NCBI RefSeq assembly: GCF_006345805.1
Contig: NC_043006.1
Coordinates: forward strand, 45,818,001-45,882,000
Origin: Octopus sinensis
Taxonomy: Eukaryota
Direction: 5' to 3'
DNA: 64,000 nucleotides
Shown here: one piece after another, positions 12,311-25,673 of the stretch
Position numbering within the stretch: position 1 is the first letter of the stretch
Layout: each line of letters opens with the position of its first letter
The notes under the pieces: generated by a model
The model's input: only the letters and a program-made list of their open reading frames with translations
Database searches by the model: none
What the model was told of the DNA's origin: nothing
Position numbers and translations under genes: made by a program

Positions 12311-12791
12311 ACAAGTGATTCTCAAACCAATTTTTTCCACCTATGGGCCCCTTTGATTCCTCTTTTACTTGGATGGACCCTCATGGCCATTCAATGGTTT
12401 TAAAAATTATATTTTTATAATAAAATATTGTTAAGGATTGTTTTTTAAAAAAATTAAGATATTTTGTGTACTGTAGAAGTATAAACTATTTATTGCAGAT
12501 AAACTTTAACAGCAAAATCTTATTTGGACCTCCAAGCAGGGTTGTGGAGTCAGAGCCATGGAGTCGGAGTCGGAAACAATTCCGACTCACAATATCTTAA
12601 TTCTTTAATATAAATCAGTTATAACATATAGGCCTACTCAGAGTAGAAGCATGTATATATGTTTTATGAGATATGTAGACCACAATCTCTTAATTACATA
12701 AAGAGGAGTCAGAGTCGGAGTCAAAGTTTTTTTGTTTCGACTCCACAGCCCTGCCTCTAAGGGTCATATGGACCCTAGTATACAACCACTG
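12311..12791. mobile_element. hAT-like MITE hosting a nested MITE; related copy at about 15258-16040
   Basis: Ends caagtgattctcaa / caaccactg; shares ggccattcaat and aaaatctta..ggacc..aagggtcat with the 15258 copy, which starts cagtggttctcaacc. Confidence 0.55.
12537..12753. mobile_element. hAT-type MITE with 8-bp target-site duplication
   Basis: TIRs cagggttgtggagtc / gactccacagccctg; TSD cctccaag / cctctaag; internal ggagtc subrepeats. Confidence 0.85.
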
Positions 12792-13194
12792 AGCTACACT
12801 GTGAAAACACATGCCCTGGTGGTTAGGGTGTTGCACCCATGATTGTAAGCTCATAGTTTTGATTCTTGGATTGGGCAGTGTGTTCTTCTTGAGTAAAACA
12901 CTTCATTTTATACTACTATTTCCTCACCTCCTCCACGTCCAGCGTGATTCTGGGCAAATATATATTTATATATACAAATATATAAAAACACTATGCTCAT
13001 TATTATATTAGGAGATCATAATGTTCATAATTTGCAGATAGAATGTGCAAAAAGTCTTGGGTATGCAACCAGTAAATAGGCACATAGAGATATTACTATA
13101 ATACCAGCTCCCTTTATCAAGAGAAAATTGACAAACGCCTCTACCATAGTTTTTATCTATGTCTGTATTGGGTTGTCCACATTTTCACCTCGAG

Positions 13195-13406
13195 TGTTCT
13201 TGGTCATTGACATTAGTGACTAACTATCACCTATTTATTTATCTAGTAACTGACTCCGGTGACTTGTTAACATATGTATTGACTAGTGAATGGAATGACT
13301 GTTCTTGGTCATTGACATTAGTGACTAACTATCACCTATTTATTTATCTAGTAACTGACTCCGGTGACTTGTTAACATATGTATTGACTAGTGAATGGAA
13401 TGACTG
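13195..13406. repeat. Exact 105-bp tandem duplication
   Basis: tgttcttggtcattgac...gaatgac begins at 13195 and again at 13300. Confidence 0.9.
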
Positions 13407-14424
13407 ATTTTGATGTCGTGATGATATGTGGGTGGCGACCAGCTTATGTAACTTGGTATCGTATGCTTGGTAACTGACTTTGGCATTTGTGATGATTAAT
13501 CTTTGTACGATTTCAATATCTTCGAAGGTGGAGTTGAATTTCTTTTTTTTTTGTCTTTATATATTTTATTCAAATATAAAGAAACGTGTTGGAGGAAAAG
13601 AGATGGATAAGAAAGGAAAGAAAAAAGAGGGGTCTAAAGCAGCAGAAGATGGAGGGGGAGGGGGTAATGAGCCACATACCCCAGAGCAAATGATGTTCTC
13701 AGCCATGCCTCATGGTAATGGGTGCAATGGTGTTGCTATGGAGAATGGCCAGCGGCACTCAATACAGTAGCCATTCCACCTTGTGGGGCTCATTGTAAAT
13801 CAATTCTTGCTCTTGAAAGTCATCCAAACTATGAACACTAATCGGGCCCCTTTTATAGCCAAAGGAGAAATGGAAGTGAATTTCAAAATGCATAATTTAC
13901 CCTATAGTTAAATGGAGTCTTAGACTGAACTGGTTACAACACCCAACGTACTTTAGTTCTGGGGCATTTTAACCATCTGGTAGTGTTACAATGCTGATAG
14001 TAGCACAGAATTTGGTAGCAGAAGGGTACCCAAGAATCATGAACTGTACGCAGCCTGGCTCCCTTAACTTGTTAAGGGCCAAACACTTGCATGAGAGGAG
14101 CTTCTCTGAAGACTTACTGTTTGGCTCTTCCTTGTGCATACACACCTACGTAAAATGTGTGTTGTATATCATTATCATCATTTTAATGTCCACTTTCCCT
14201 TACTTGCTTGGGTCAAAGTTTATTGAGACAAATTTTCAATGACTGGATGCCCTACCTGTTACCCGACCTCACCTGATTTCCCAAGAGAGGTAATAATATT
14301 TCTTCCTAGCTAGGATATTGTTTTCACGGAATGTTGTAAACAAATGACACTGCTTGTATGGCAGTCATTTAACAGCTATTACGTGATATCAAGACTAGGA
14401 AGCCCAAACAAGCATGCATGCATG

Positions 14425-14486
<62 letters not shown>

Positions 14487-14719
14487 CTCTCCCCCTCTCT
14501 CTCTCTCTGTTTCCGTCTACCAGCTTCGATTCACAAGGTTTTGGTTGGGCCAGAGCTGTGGTAGAAAATATATTCGCCCAAGGTACCATGTAGTGGAACT
14601 GAACATGAAACAATGTGGGTGGAAGCAAACTTCTTTAACCACATGGTCACATTTGTGCTTCATGTGCCTCTGTGTGTGTGTGTGCATGTATACACATTTA
14701 TACATACATACATATACTC

Positions 14720-15102
14720 TTCACTCTTTTACTTGTTCCAGTCATTTGACTGCGGCCATGCTGGAGCACTGCCTTTAGTCGAGCAAATCGACCCTTGGAC
14801 TTATTCTTTGTAAGCCTAATAGTTATTCTATTGGTCTCTTTTGCCAAACCACTAAATTACGGGAATGTAAACACACAACCATCAGTTGTCAAGGGATGTT
14901 GGCAGGGGGACAAACACGGACACACAAACATATACACACACATACATATATATACGATGGGCTTCTTTCAGTCTCCGTCTACCAAATCCACTCACAAGGC
15001 TATAGTAGAAGACACTTGCCCAAGGTGCCACGCAGTGGGAATGAATCCGGAACCATGTGGTTGGTAAGCAAGCTACTTACCACACAGCCACTCTTGCGTC
15101 TA
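14720..15102 (-). mobile_element. SINE family A copy
   Basis: Reverse complement of the family A consensus from tail to head. Confidence 0.8.
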
Positions 15103-16324
15103 TATAATTTTACATACATAATGTAAGTTTTAAAACTTTAAGTAAATGAAATTATAAATGAAATTATCATTGCAGTCAGGAAGTGAAAACTCCCTGAAGT
15201 CATTTTAAATAAATAAAAAATCAAAAGTGAGGGACACCACAGTAATATCAATTAGCCCAGTGGTTCTCAACCACTTTTTTGCTGATGGAGCTCTTTCATT
15301 CCTATTTTTCCCCTCAGACCTTCTTCCATGGCCATTCAATGTTTTAAAAAGTCCCATTATAATTTTATAATTAAATAATTAAACGAGCAATGGACGGTGC
15401 TGAGTTGTCAAACATTTAAACCAAATTTTCTCAAAACAACTTGTCCAACTGTCCCATAGGACACCCCTTTGAGAAACACTGATTTAACCTAAATTTGAGA
15501 CACCAGCAAAAGAAGAAATAAAGATAGACTTTTTTTTTTATTTCAAAGAAAAACGATTTTATTCACACAAATATGCAACTGAAGAGTTTAAAGTACCAGT
15601 AATGATAAGGCTGTTGACTGGGAGAACACAAACATGGTTTAAACAGTAAGCTTGGCAGGAAAGAAACATGCTTCTAAGCAGTACAAAAAAAACAGAAAAT
15701 GGAAGGTGCAGGTTGACGGAAGAAAAGCAGGACAAAAACGGCTTTATCGATCGCATTCTCACCTGGAATCGACTTTGGTAATTTTTTCAAGACTTATACA
15801 TTCCCTGATACCGTTGGTATCTACATATCAAATTTTGAGCGCAATCAGATGGAGGATGCCCGAGATCCTAGAAAATACACATACACAGACAGACAGAACG
15901 GATTTTATATAATAGATATAAAGAATTGTTTAAAACATTTTGTGTATTTTAGAAATATAGATATTTTATTGCACATAAATTTCAACAACAAAATCTTAGA
16001 TGGACCCTACCAAGGGTCATGTGGGCCCTGATTGAGAGAGCTCAGTAGCTAGCTTAAATTTTGGGGAAAATACAGGTATTCATTTAGGTGTGTGGATGTT
16101 GCTTTTGAAGCTGACTAATGAAAGCTACCTGGCATTGTCTTGTTATTATTCCATGTTGTTTGGGATTGGACAGGCTGTGTGTGTGGTGGTGGTGGTGGGA
16201 GATGATAGGAAGGAGGAGGAGGAGGAGTGAAAGGGAAGAAAGTCTCTGTAATCATCTGTGTCTTTAATAATATTCCCCAGTCACTAAGTGGATAATATTT
16301 GGTCTTTGTGTGTGCCTGTGTTTA

Positions 16325-17292
16325 TGTGTGTGTGTGTGTGTGTGTTGTAGGGGTGATTAGCCTTTTCACCTGCATTCCCCCCCCCCATCCCACTTCTGCC
16401 TCCATACACTCAGTCCCTTAGCTTGGCTCCACATGTCTTCTACTTTGATTATCCTTGCCCTCAACTCACTCTCTTTCTTCACTACCCCTTCCCTTCTATA
16501 ATCTCTCTCTCTCTCTCTCTCTCTCACTCTGCTGCCTGCTTTGTCTGTTTACCTGCCTGCCTCCTTCCCTCCCTCTCTCCCCCCCTCTCTCCACTTATAT
16601 CCTCCTCTTCCTCCTCCTCCTCTGTCAGCCTGCACTAGTTATCCATCCATTCAGTCACCACCACCACCACCACCAGCAGCAGCAGTTAGGAGAGTATCTG
16701 TTGGTGACTCACCTCTGCCAGCAGCCTGCACCCAGCACCAAACAACAACTTGTAGCTATCTTTGTTAGCCTGGAATAGCTGGATAAAAAGGAAACCTGGT
16801 AGAGAGAGAGAGAGAGAGAGGAACAGAGAAAAACAGAGAAACAGGGGGTGAAGGTGCTGTTATATAGTCTTCGGCCACTGCTTCTAGTGGTGTGTCTTGG
16901 TTTATACCTGTGTGATAGTGGTGATGATTGTTATTTTTAACAATATTGTATAGGCGCAGGAGTGGGTATGTGGTAAGTAGCTTGCTTACCAACCACATAA
17001 TTCTGGGTTCAGCCCCACCGTGTGGCACCTTGGGCAAGTGTCTTCTACTATAGCCTTGGACTGACCAAAGTCTTGTGAGTGGATTTGGTAGACAGAAACT
17101 GAAAGAAGCCTGTTGTGTATATATATTTTTAAAAGCAGCAGAAATTTAACAAAAGCTGTTACTCTGAGTTTCACGTTCCCATATGTCGGACAGTTTTGTT
17201 AAATTTCTGCTGCTTTTAAATAAAGCATATTACTCTGCGTCTGGTATTTGAGTACTCTTTTTTCCACCTTGTTTCACATGTGTTTACTCCGG

Positions 17293-17337
<45 letters not shown>

Positions 17338-18284
17338 TGTAGGGGTGATTAGCCTTTTCACCTGCATTCCCCCCCCCCATCCCACTTCTGCCTCCATACA
17401 CTCAGTCCCTTAGCTTGGCTCCACATGTCTTCTACTTTGATTATCCTTGCCCTCAACTCACTCTCTTTCTTCACTACCCCTTCCCTTCTATAATCTCTCT
17501 CTCTCTCTCTCTCTCTCACTCTGCTGCCTGCTTTGTCTGTTTACCTGCCTGCCTCCTTCCCTCCCTCTCTCCCCCCCTCTCCCCACTTATATCCTCCTCT
17601 TCCTCCTCCTCCTCTGTCAGCCTGCACTAGTTATCCATCCATTCAGTCACCACCACCACCACCAGCAGCAGCAGTTAGGAGAGTATCTGTTGGTGACTCA
17701 CCTCTGCCAGCAGCCTGCACCCAGCACCAAACAACAACTTGTAGCTATCTTTGTTAGCCTGGAATAGCTGGATAAAAAGGAAACCTGGTAGAGAGAGAGA
17801 GAGAGAGAGAGAGGAACAGAGAAAAACAGAGAAACAGGGGGTGAAGGTGCTGTTATATAGTCTTCGGCCACTGCTTCTAGTGGTGTGTCTTGGTTTATAC
17901 CTGTGTGATAGTGGTGATGATTGTTATTTTTAACAATATTGTATAGGCGCAGGAGTGGGTATGTGGTAAGTAGCTTGCTTACCAACCACATAATTCTGGT
18001 TCAGCCCCACCGTGTGGCACCTTGGGCAAGTGTCTTCTACTATAGCCTTGGACTGACCAAAGTCTTGTGAGTGGATTTGGTAGACAGAAACTGAAAGAAG
18101 CCTGTTGTGTATATATATTTTTAAAAGCAGCAGAAATTTAACAAAAGCTGTTACTCTGAGTTTCACGTTCCCATATGTCGGACAGTTTTGTTAAATTTCT
18201 GCTGCTTTTAAATAAAGCATATTACTCTGCGTCTGGTATTTGAGTACTCTTTTTTCCACCTTGTTTCACATGTGTTTACTCCGG

Positions 18285-18300
<16 letters not shown>
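16325..18300. repeat. About 992-bp near-identical tandem duplication
   Basis: ORF-track peptides repeat at 16423/17415, 16455/17447 and 16541/17533; differences are mostly microsatellite lengths. Confidence 0.9.
17128..17292. mobile_element. Penelope-like remnant with a 27-bp inverted repeat enclosing a degenerate hammerhead (second copy about 18120-18284)
   Basis: Arms 17128-17154 and 17194-17220; the minus-strand loop contains GAAACUCAGAGUA-ACAG; inserted into the internal (TA)n of a SINE. Confidence 0.55.
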
Positions 18301-18323
<23 letters not shown>

Positions 18324-18525
18324 CTGTGTTTGTTCCCCCAACATCACTTGACAACCGATGCTGGTGTGTTTACGTCCCCGTAACCTAGCAGTTCGGCAAA
18401 AGAGACTAATAGAATAAGTACTAGGCTTACAAAGAATAAGTCCTGCGGTCGATTTTATTCGACTAAAGGAGGTGCTCCATCATGGCCACAGTCTAATGAC
18501 TGAAACAAAGAGAAGAGTAAAAGAG
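17945..18525 (+). mobile_element. SINE family A copy interrupted by a Penelope-like fragment
   Basis: Head 17945-18110, insert in the (TA)n tract, tail 18300-18525. Confidence 0.75.
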
Positions 18526-18654
18526 TAAGCCAACCCTAAATGAGACCTTATTTATTTATGACTGAAGGTAATCTAACCATGACCATCCCATCATTTTACA
18601 GGCACTGGAGTATGTAGGACTGCATTAACTAATATATTCTTTTTTTTTTTTGCA

Positions 18655-19056
18655 CTCTTTTATTCATTTCAGTCATTTGACTGCGGCCATGCTGGAGCAC
18701 CGCCTTTAGTCAAACAAAATGACCCCAGAACTTATTCTTTGTAAGCCCAGTACTTATACTATCAGTGTCTTTTGCTGAACTGCCAAGTTGCAGAGATGTA
18801 AACACACCAGTATCGGTTGTCAAGCGAGTGTGAGGGGGGAACAAACACAGACGCACAAATACATACATATATATATATATATACATACATATATATGTAT
18901 GTATGACAAGCTTCTTTCAGTTTCCGTCTACCAAATCCACTCACATATCTTTGGTTGGCCCGAGGCTATAGCAGAAGACGCTTGCCCAAGGTGCCATACA
19001 GTGGGACTGAACCCAGAACCAGGTGGTTGGTAAGCAAGCTACTTAACACACAGCCA
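18655..19056 (-). mobile_element. SINE family A copy
   Basis: Near-full-length reverse-complement match to the other copies. Confidence 0.8.
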
Positions 19057-19270
19057 ATATATATATATATACATATGGTGTTGAAGTAATCAATTTAGTC
19101 CTTTTGTCTGTCCTTGTTTGTCCCCTCTGTGTTTTGCCCCCTGTGGGTAGTAAAGAAATAAATATTGTATCCTTGTACCTGAGAGAGATGGGGGAGTTGG
19201 AGAACCACTGGTGTGTTGGGACAGTACTGAAATTTCAACACATGGGACTGATATAAATTTATTTATATAT

Positions 19271-19635
19271 AGGCATGGGTGTGTGGTATGAAGCTTGCTT
19301 CAGAAACATGGTTCTGGGTTCAATCCCATTGCAGCACCTTGGACAAGTGTCTTCTACTATAGCCTCAAGCTGACCAAAGCTTTCTGAGTGGATTTGGTAG
19401 ATGGAAACTGAAAGAAGCCTATCAATTATGTGTTTGTGTTTGTCCCCCATCACCACTTGATAACTAGTGTTGGTGTGTTTACATTGCCATAACTTAGTGG
19501 TTTGGCAAAAGAGACTGATAGAATAAATACTAGGCTTAAGAAATAAATCCTGGGGTTAATTTATTAATTAAAACCCCCCAAGGTGGTGCTCCAATATGGC
19601 CACAGTCAAATGACTGAAACAAGTAAAAGAAAAGA
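19271..19635 (+). mobile_element. SINE family A copy (diverged)
   Basis: Same head, CORE-like segment and cagtcaaatgactgaaacaagtaaaaga tail. Confidence 0.75.
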
Positions 19636-19968
19636 AAAAAACAATCTTTTTTAATTATTTCAGTCATTGAACTGTGGCCATGCTGTATCACTGCATTGGA
19701 GGGTTTTGTTGAATAAATTGACCCCAGGACTTCCTCTGTTTTTTTTAAAGTCTTGTACTTTTTCTGTTGGTCAGTTTTGCTGAATTGCTAATTTATAGGG
19801 ATGTAAATAAACCAACACTGGTTGACAAGTAGTGGAAGGTTGGGACAATCACAACCTTCCACTATCTAATACTTTCTTGATTATTCTGGCCATGCCAACA
19901 TGACAAACCTTTTGTCACAGTTCTATTGGACACTCTATTCCAAATTATTATCATTATTATTATTATTA

Positions 19969-20180
19969 AAGGTGGCAAGCTGGCAGAACCGTTAGCATGC
20001 CGGGTGAAATGCTACATTCTGAGTTCAAATTCTGCTGAGGTTGACTTTGTCTTTCATCCTTTCAGGGGTCAATAAATTAAGTACCAGTTGTGTACTGTGG
20101 CCGATCTAATCGACTGGCCCCCGCTGCCCAAAAATTTCGGGCTTTGTGCCTAGAGTAGAAAAGATATTATTATTATTATG
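19969..20180 (+). mobile_element. tRNA-derived SINE family B
   Basis: ggtggcaagctggcagaa head, B-box-like gagttcaaattc, (ATT)n tail; further diverged copies cluster at about 52010-52930. Confidence 0.75.
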
Positions 20181-20742
20181 ATTGAGTGAGTGAGAGAACA
20201 GTGCATGCCATCAAAGTGACACTGGAGTAAAATATACGAAGCCCAGTATACCCATCATGACTACCCGTCTGATAAGGGTACACCAGGTACATGCATCACA
20301 ATCATGTGTGTGTGACATGGTAATCTCATATGAAGATAAACAGCACATGACCTTGCAGGTGGGGCCCAGTTAGAATTTTCTTCGGGTTGAGTAGTCCATC
20401 CAACTCAAAAGGTCCCTGAATAAGGGTTGTTTAAGGATGTTGAACAAACCACCCATGTTTCCAGAGGTGAATTATCCAAACCTCTAAGAATCCCTCTCAA
20501 CACATGGCTATGATGCTCCCCCACAACTTCTGCTCGTGATCAGAGATGCACATATCGTCAGCCACTAAGGGAAATGGTCAACTTCTTAAGGTCAAACAAA
20601 TAACAAGCAAATCTGTGGTATTGAGCAGAATATTTGCTGTAGCCCATCTTTTATACCAAGACAAAACAATGTACATGACAACACTTCCAATCAGTTAAGA
20701 TCAGGAGCCATGAGAACTACTGCCTGGTACTGCATCAGGGCA

Positions 20743-20796
<54 letters not shown>

Positions 20797-21849
20797 CATT
20801 ATTATTATTATTATTTATAATTGTGCTTGTTTTGATATGAAGATTGAAAAAAAAAATCAACCTTGTTTGTAAAAAAAACAAAAATACTTTGGACCTTGGT
20901 TTGCACACTCCTCTACCACCAAATTTCAATCCTGCACATTTTAGACATGGCTGGGTTAAATATTAAAGGGTTAAGCAAGACATTTGTATCATAGAAGCAT
21001 GTACAGTCCCAGGCAGGTCAACATCAAAAGGGTTAAATATAATTCAAACTAAGCGAGACACCTGCATTTTTGATTTTTCTAAGAAAGCCATATTAAATAC
21101 ACTGAATCGCATTCCCTCCTTGTTTTTGTAACATAAAACTGAGAACTTGGCATCGTTTTGTAAAGAAATCCAGTTATTTTAAGAAATTTATTTGTTTATT
21201 AATTTGTTTTATTTCAAATGTCATCATCCAAAACACCAGATAAAGGATCTGCTGTTGCAAAAGTTTAAATAGCAGACAAGGGTACAGGGATGATAATAAT
21301 GATGATGTTGATGATGATGATGATGAGAAAGGGGGTAGAGGTGGGTGTTTTTGTATGTCAACTTTGCCTGTGGCTGCTGAGCTGTGCACACCTCATGTGA
21401 CGAAGATATGTTTTATTAAGAGTAAGAATTAGAAAGAAAGAAAGAAAAAAAAGAGAGGAAAAGTACAAACAAACAAACAAAACAAGGGAAAAAAATGGAA
21501 TAAAAAAAAATATAGTAAAAGCCAAGAAAAAATGTAAAAAAAAAAGACTAAGATTAAAGTGTAGAGAGGATTTTAGAGAATAAGAAATCTTTTGTTGCTT
21601 CAAGTTATTTGTGAAGACCCTCCCCCCCCCCCCGCACTCTCCATCAAGTTAAGTTGTCTAGATTTTACCTTAACAAGAAACCTCTCCATTTTTTTTTTCA
21701 CTGTTCATGTTCTTTTAATGACAGAACACAATGGAAATTAGACACAAAATAAATTAAAATTCTCTGCCACCAGACCTGTTTCTTTTTTTTCTTCCCCTCA
21801 TGCCCTCTTATATTTGTGTCTGTCTATCTCTCTCTTTCTTCTTGTTGTT

Positions 21850-22320
21850 TTCTCTTAATAATGTGTCTGTCCATCTCTCCCATTCTCTCTCTCTCTCTCT
21901 GCCTCTCATCTGTCTATCTCTCCTGTTCTCTCCCTCCCCCTCTCATATGTCTGTCTATCTCTCCCTCCTCCTCTCATGTGTGTCTGTCTGTCTTTCCCAT
22001 TCTCTCCTTCCCCTCTCATATGTGTCTGTCTATCTTTCCCATTCTCTCCTTCCCCTCTCATATGTGTCTGTCTATCTTTCCCATTCTCTTACTCGCCCTC
22101 TCATATGTCTGTCTCTCTTTTTCTTTTCTCTTAATGTCTATCTCTTCCTCCCCTCTCATATGTGTCTGTCTATCTCTCCCTTTCTCCCTGTTCTTTTCTC
22201 TTATTAATGTGTCAGTCTCTCTTCCTTTCTCTCCCTCCCCCTCACATATATGTATCTATCTATCTCTTCCTTCCTTTCTCCTTCTCCCTCTCATACATGC
22301 ATCTGTCTGCCTCCCTCATA
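21850..22320. repeat. Degenerate pyrimidine-rich minisatellite (about 39-bp unit)
   Basis: Recurring cccattctctccttcccctctcatatgtgtctgtctatcttt. Confidence 0.65.
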
Positions 22321-22489
22321 CTCTATCTATCTCTAAAATCTTTCTTTACCTCACTTTTTGATGCTTCTCTCATCCTCTTCTTCTTTCACTTCACACACAT
22401 TCTCCCCCTCTCTCTCTCTCTCCTTTTTCTTTCTTTTTTGTCCTTTATGTTCATGTTTTTACCTCTTCTCTTCTTTTCTTTATTTTATT

Positions 22490-22860
22490 TTTTACTTGTT
22501 TCAGTCATTTTGACTATGGCCATGCTGGAGCACCACCATAAAGAATTTTTTTAGTCAAAAGAATCAACCACAGTTCTTATTTTTTTAAAGCCTGGAACTT
22601 AGTCTATCGGTCCCTTTTGCCAAACTGCTAAGTTACAGAGACATAGACACACCAACACCGATTTTGAGTAGTGGTGGAGGGGACACAGACACACACAAAA
22701 AGCTTCTTTCAGTTTCCATCTACCAAATCCTCTCACAAGGCTTTAGTCACCTTGAGGCTATAGCAGAAGATACTTGCCCAAGGTGCCACACAGTGGGACT
22801 GAACCCAGAACCATATGGTTGAGAAGGAAACTTCTTATCACATAGTCATCCTTACACCTA
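22490..22860 (-). mobile_element. SINE family A copy
   Basis: Reverse complement of the family A consensus. Confidence 0.7.
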
Positions 22861-24100
22861 TATTCTTAATACATTTTCACTCACTTTTCCTCTCATTCTT
22901 TCTCATTTTCATCTCTTTCTCTCTTACCCTATATTCCACTATCTTTTTACTCGTCTTTCTCTCTCCATCTTCTCTTCACATCGTTTTCTTCCTTTCCTTT
23001 TCTCCCCATCATTCTTATCTTTCATTTCCTTTTCTCTTTTCTCCTTCTCCTCCTCCTCTTATACTCTCACTCTTTCATTTTCTATTTTCCCCACTCATTG
23101 TCTACCTACTTGTCCCCCCCCACATTCTCTCTCTCTCTCTCTCATCTCCAAACAGTTGTTTGTTCCACCTATTACTCCCCCCACCCCCACCCCCACCCCA
23201 TCTTGAGAGTTGTGTAAGACAAGTTTTAACTGCACCAGCCACCAAAATTGAAGGGCCCCTAATATTCAGACCTCATTAAAGTTACAACAATGACAGCAAC
23301 AGCTACAATTATGAACCCCCAAACCCCTAAACCTCGAAACCCACCACCACCGCCACCATCACCTCCCCTTCATGTGCGATTGTGTTCTTGTTCACCGCCA
23401 CCCTTAATTTGGTACATATTTTCATTTATTTATTTGTTGAATAATGCTTAACAACAATAATAATAATAATAATGATGATAATAGTAGCGAGTGGCAAAGT
23501 AACCCCTTTACCATGTCTTTTTTTGGAACAAGTAAGTCCATTAGCAATCTTCAAGCTTACAGTTCTGAAAATATGTTCTCGGTGCAGTGTCCAGCAGTAG
23601 CAGGACCAACAGCATCAATTAAAAACAACAACAACAACAACAACAGGTTAATGATTACGATGCTGCTAATGATGATGATGATAAAAGCAATATTGATAAG
23701 GGTACTACAACAAAAACAATTATTAATAACAAAGATAAACTGAAAATTCTGAGGGTGGCGGCGGCAGCGGTGGAAGAAGGAACATAGTCGGGGTGAGGGT
23801 GCAGGTTTGGGGGTGGGGCGTGAAGTCAAACTGTTTTCGAAATCATCGGACCCCAAAACTAAACCTGCTGACATCTACTCAGAAAGGAAAAAAAAAAAAT
23901 AATAATGATAATAATAATAATAATAATAAAAATAATTATGTATTTAAAATTTTAAGGGTTCCCAGTTTATCATTTACCGATTATAAAGTTCGTTAACATT
24001 TTCAGTCATGTAGGTCATCTAAAATAAACCTGAACCAAAATTAGTCAGAGTCCAACGTTTTCAGTGGAAGCAGTACGGCAGACAAGCTTGTTGCTTCAAT

Positions 24101-24133
<33 letters not shown>

Positions 24134-24283
24134 TTTTTTTATTCTCTTAGTGTTTCTGTTATTTTTAAAATTTTATTTAATCATTCATTGAATCGTGGCC
24201 AGTCTGGGGCACTGGACTTGCAGGAGGTTTTAGTTCAACATACTGACCTCTGTATTTTTTTTTGGTACTTGTTTTATTGATCT

Positions 24284-24370
<87 letters not shown>

Positions 24371-24763
24371 GCTATATTCATCATCATCATCATCATCACC
24401 CCCATCGTCCACCATCACCACCACCACTGTCATCATTATCATTATTGTTTTAATGGCTACTTTTCCATGGTTGCATGAGTCAGATGGAATTTGTTGAGGC
24501 AGTTTTTTTTTTGTCTGTGGCTGGGTGCTCTTCCTGTCACCAATCCTCACCTGCTGCCAAGCAAGGTAATATTTCTCCCTGACCAGACATGTCTACATGG
24601 GAAGATTGGAAATGGAGGACCAGTTACATAGTAACATTTGTTAACTATCACAGGATGCTAGGAAAAGAGACATTGATTTACACACACACACACACACGCA
24701 CTTTCTCATGCACACACATGCACACTTTCTCTCTCACACACACATTCTCTCTCATACTCATAC

Positions 24764-25030
24764 ATCATCATCATCATCATCGTTTAGCGTCCGCTTTCCA
24801 TGCTGGCATGGGTTGGACGATTCAACTGGGGTCTGGGAAGCCAGAAGGCTGCACCAAGCCCGGTCTGATCTGGCAATGTTTCTACAGCTGGATGCCCTTC
24901 CTAACGCCAACCACTCCATGAGTGTAGTGGGTGCTTTTTACGTGCCAGACGAGGCTGGCAAACGGCCACGATCAGATGGTGCTTTTTACGTGCCACCGGC
25001 CAAGATCGGATGGTGCTTTTTACATGCCAA
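24764..25030 (-). mobile_element. RTE-related non-autonomous element with (ATG)n tail
   Basis: (cat)n-cgtttagcgtccgctttccatgc...tacagctggatgcccttcctaacgccaacc; same family as 4661, 57227, 62705 and 63399. Confidence 0.7.
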
Positions 25031-25368
25031 ACAAGTCCCACATATGACAGTTTTGCAAAAATATTTCTGATTGAAAATATAAATTCTTGGAGTTATGATT
25101 TTCTACACCCAACAAAGTATTATTGTTAAGCTGAAACTGTTGCTAATGTAAAAAGAAATGGAATGGTGAAACTGTTTTTTTCTTCATTTTCTGAAAAAGC
25201 AACGTTTTGCATAATAGCAAGGATATATAAACACAATGATGGCTGTGTGGTTAAGAGGTTTACTTCACAAATGTGTGGTTTTCAGGTTCAGTTCCATTGC
25301 GGGGTACCTTCGATAAATATATAACCCTACTATAGCGCTAGATTAACCAATGACTTCTGAGTGACTTT

Positions 25369-25410
<42 letters not shown>

Positions 25411-25616
25411 CCTGTATTTGTGTGTCAGAGAGAGAGAAGGGAACAAAGGCAAAAAGTAAGAGAAATGCACACACATATACCTACATATGTGTGTGTGTGT
25501 GTGTGAGGGGTTAAGAGAGAGGTAAATATGCATCTTTGTGTTTGTCTCTCTGCTTGACAGCCATTGTTGGTTTGTTTACATCAGTTTAGAACAGTTTGGA
25601 TACTTATTGATCAGAC

Positions 25617-25673
<57 letters not shown>

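Noticed and set aside
19830-19864. 13-bp hairpin tagtggaaggttg/caaccttccacta
   Set aside because: Short fold-back at a SINE truncation point; too small to support a function.
20190-20742. Complex GC-richer block between (TTA)n tracts, possible exon
   Set aside because: No ORF or splice support; more likely a retroelement fragment that I cannot classify.
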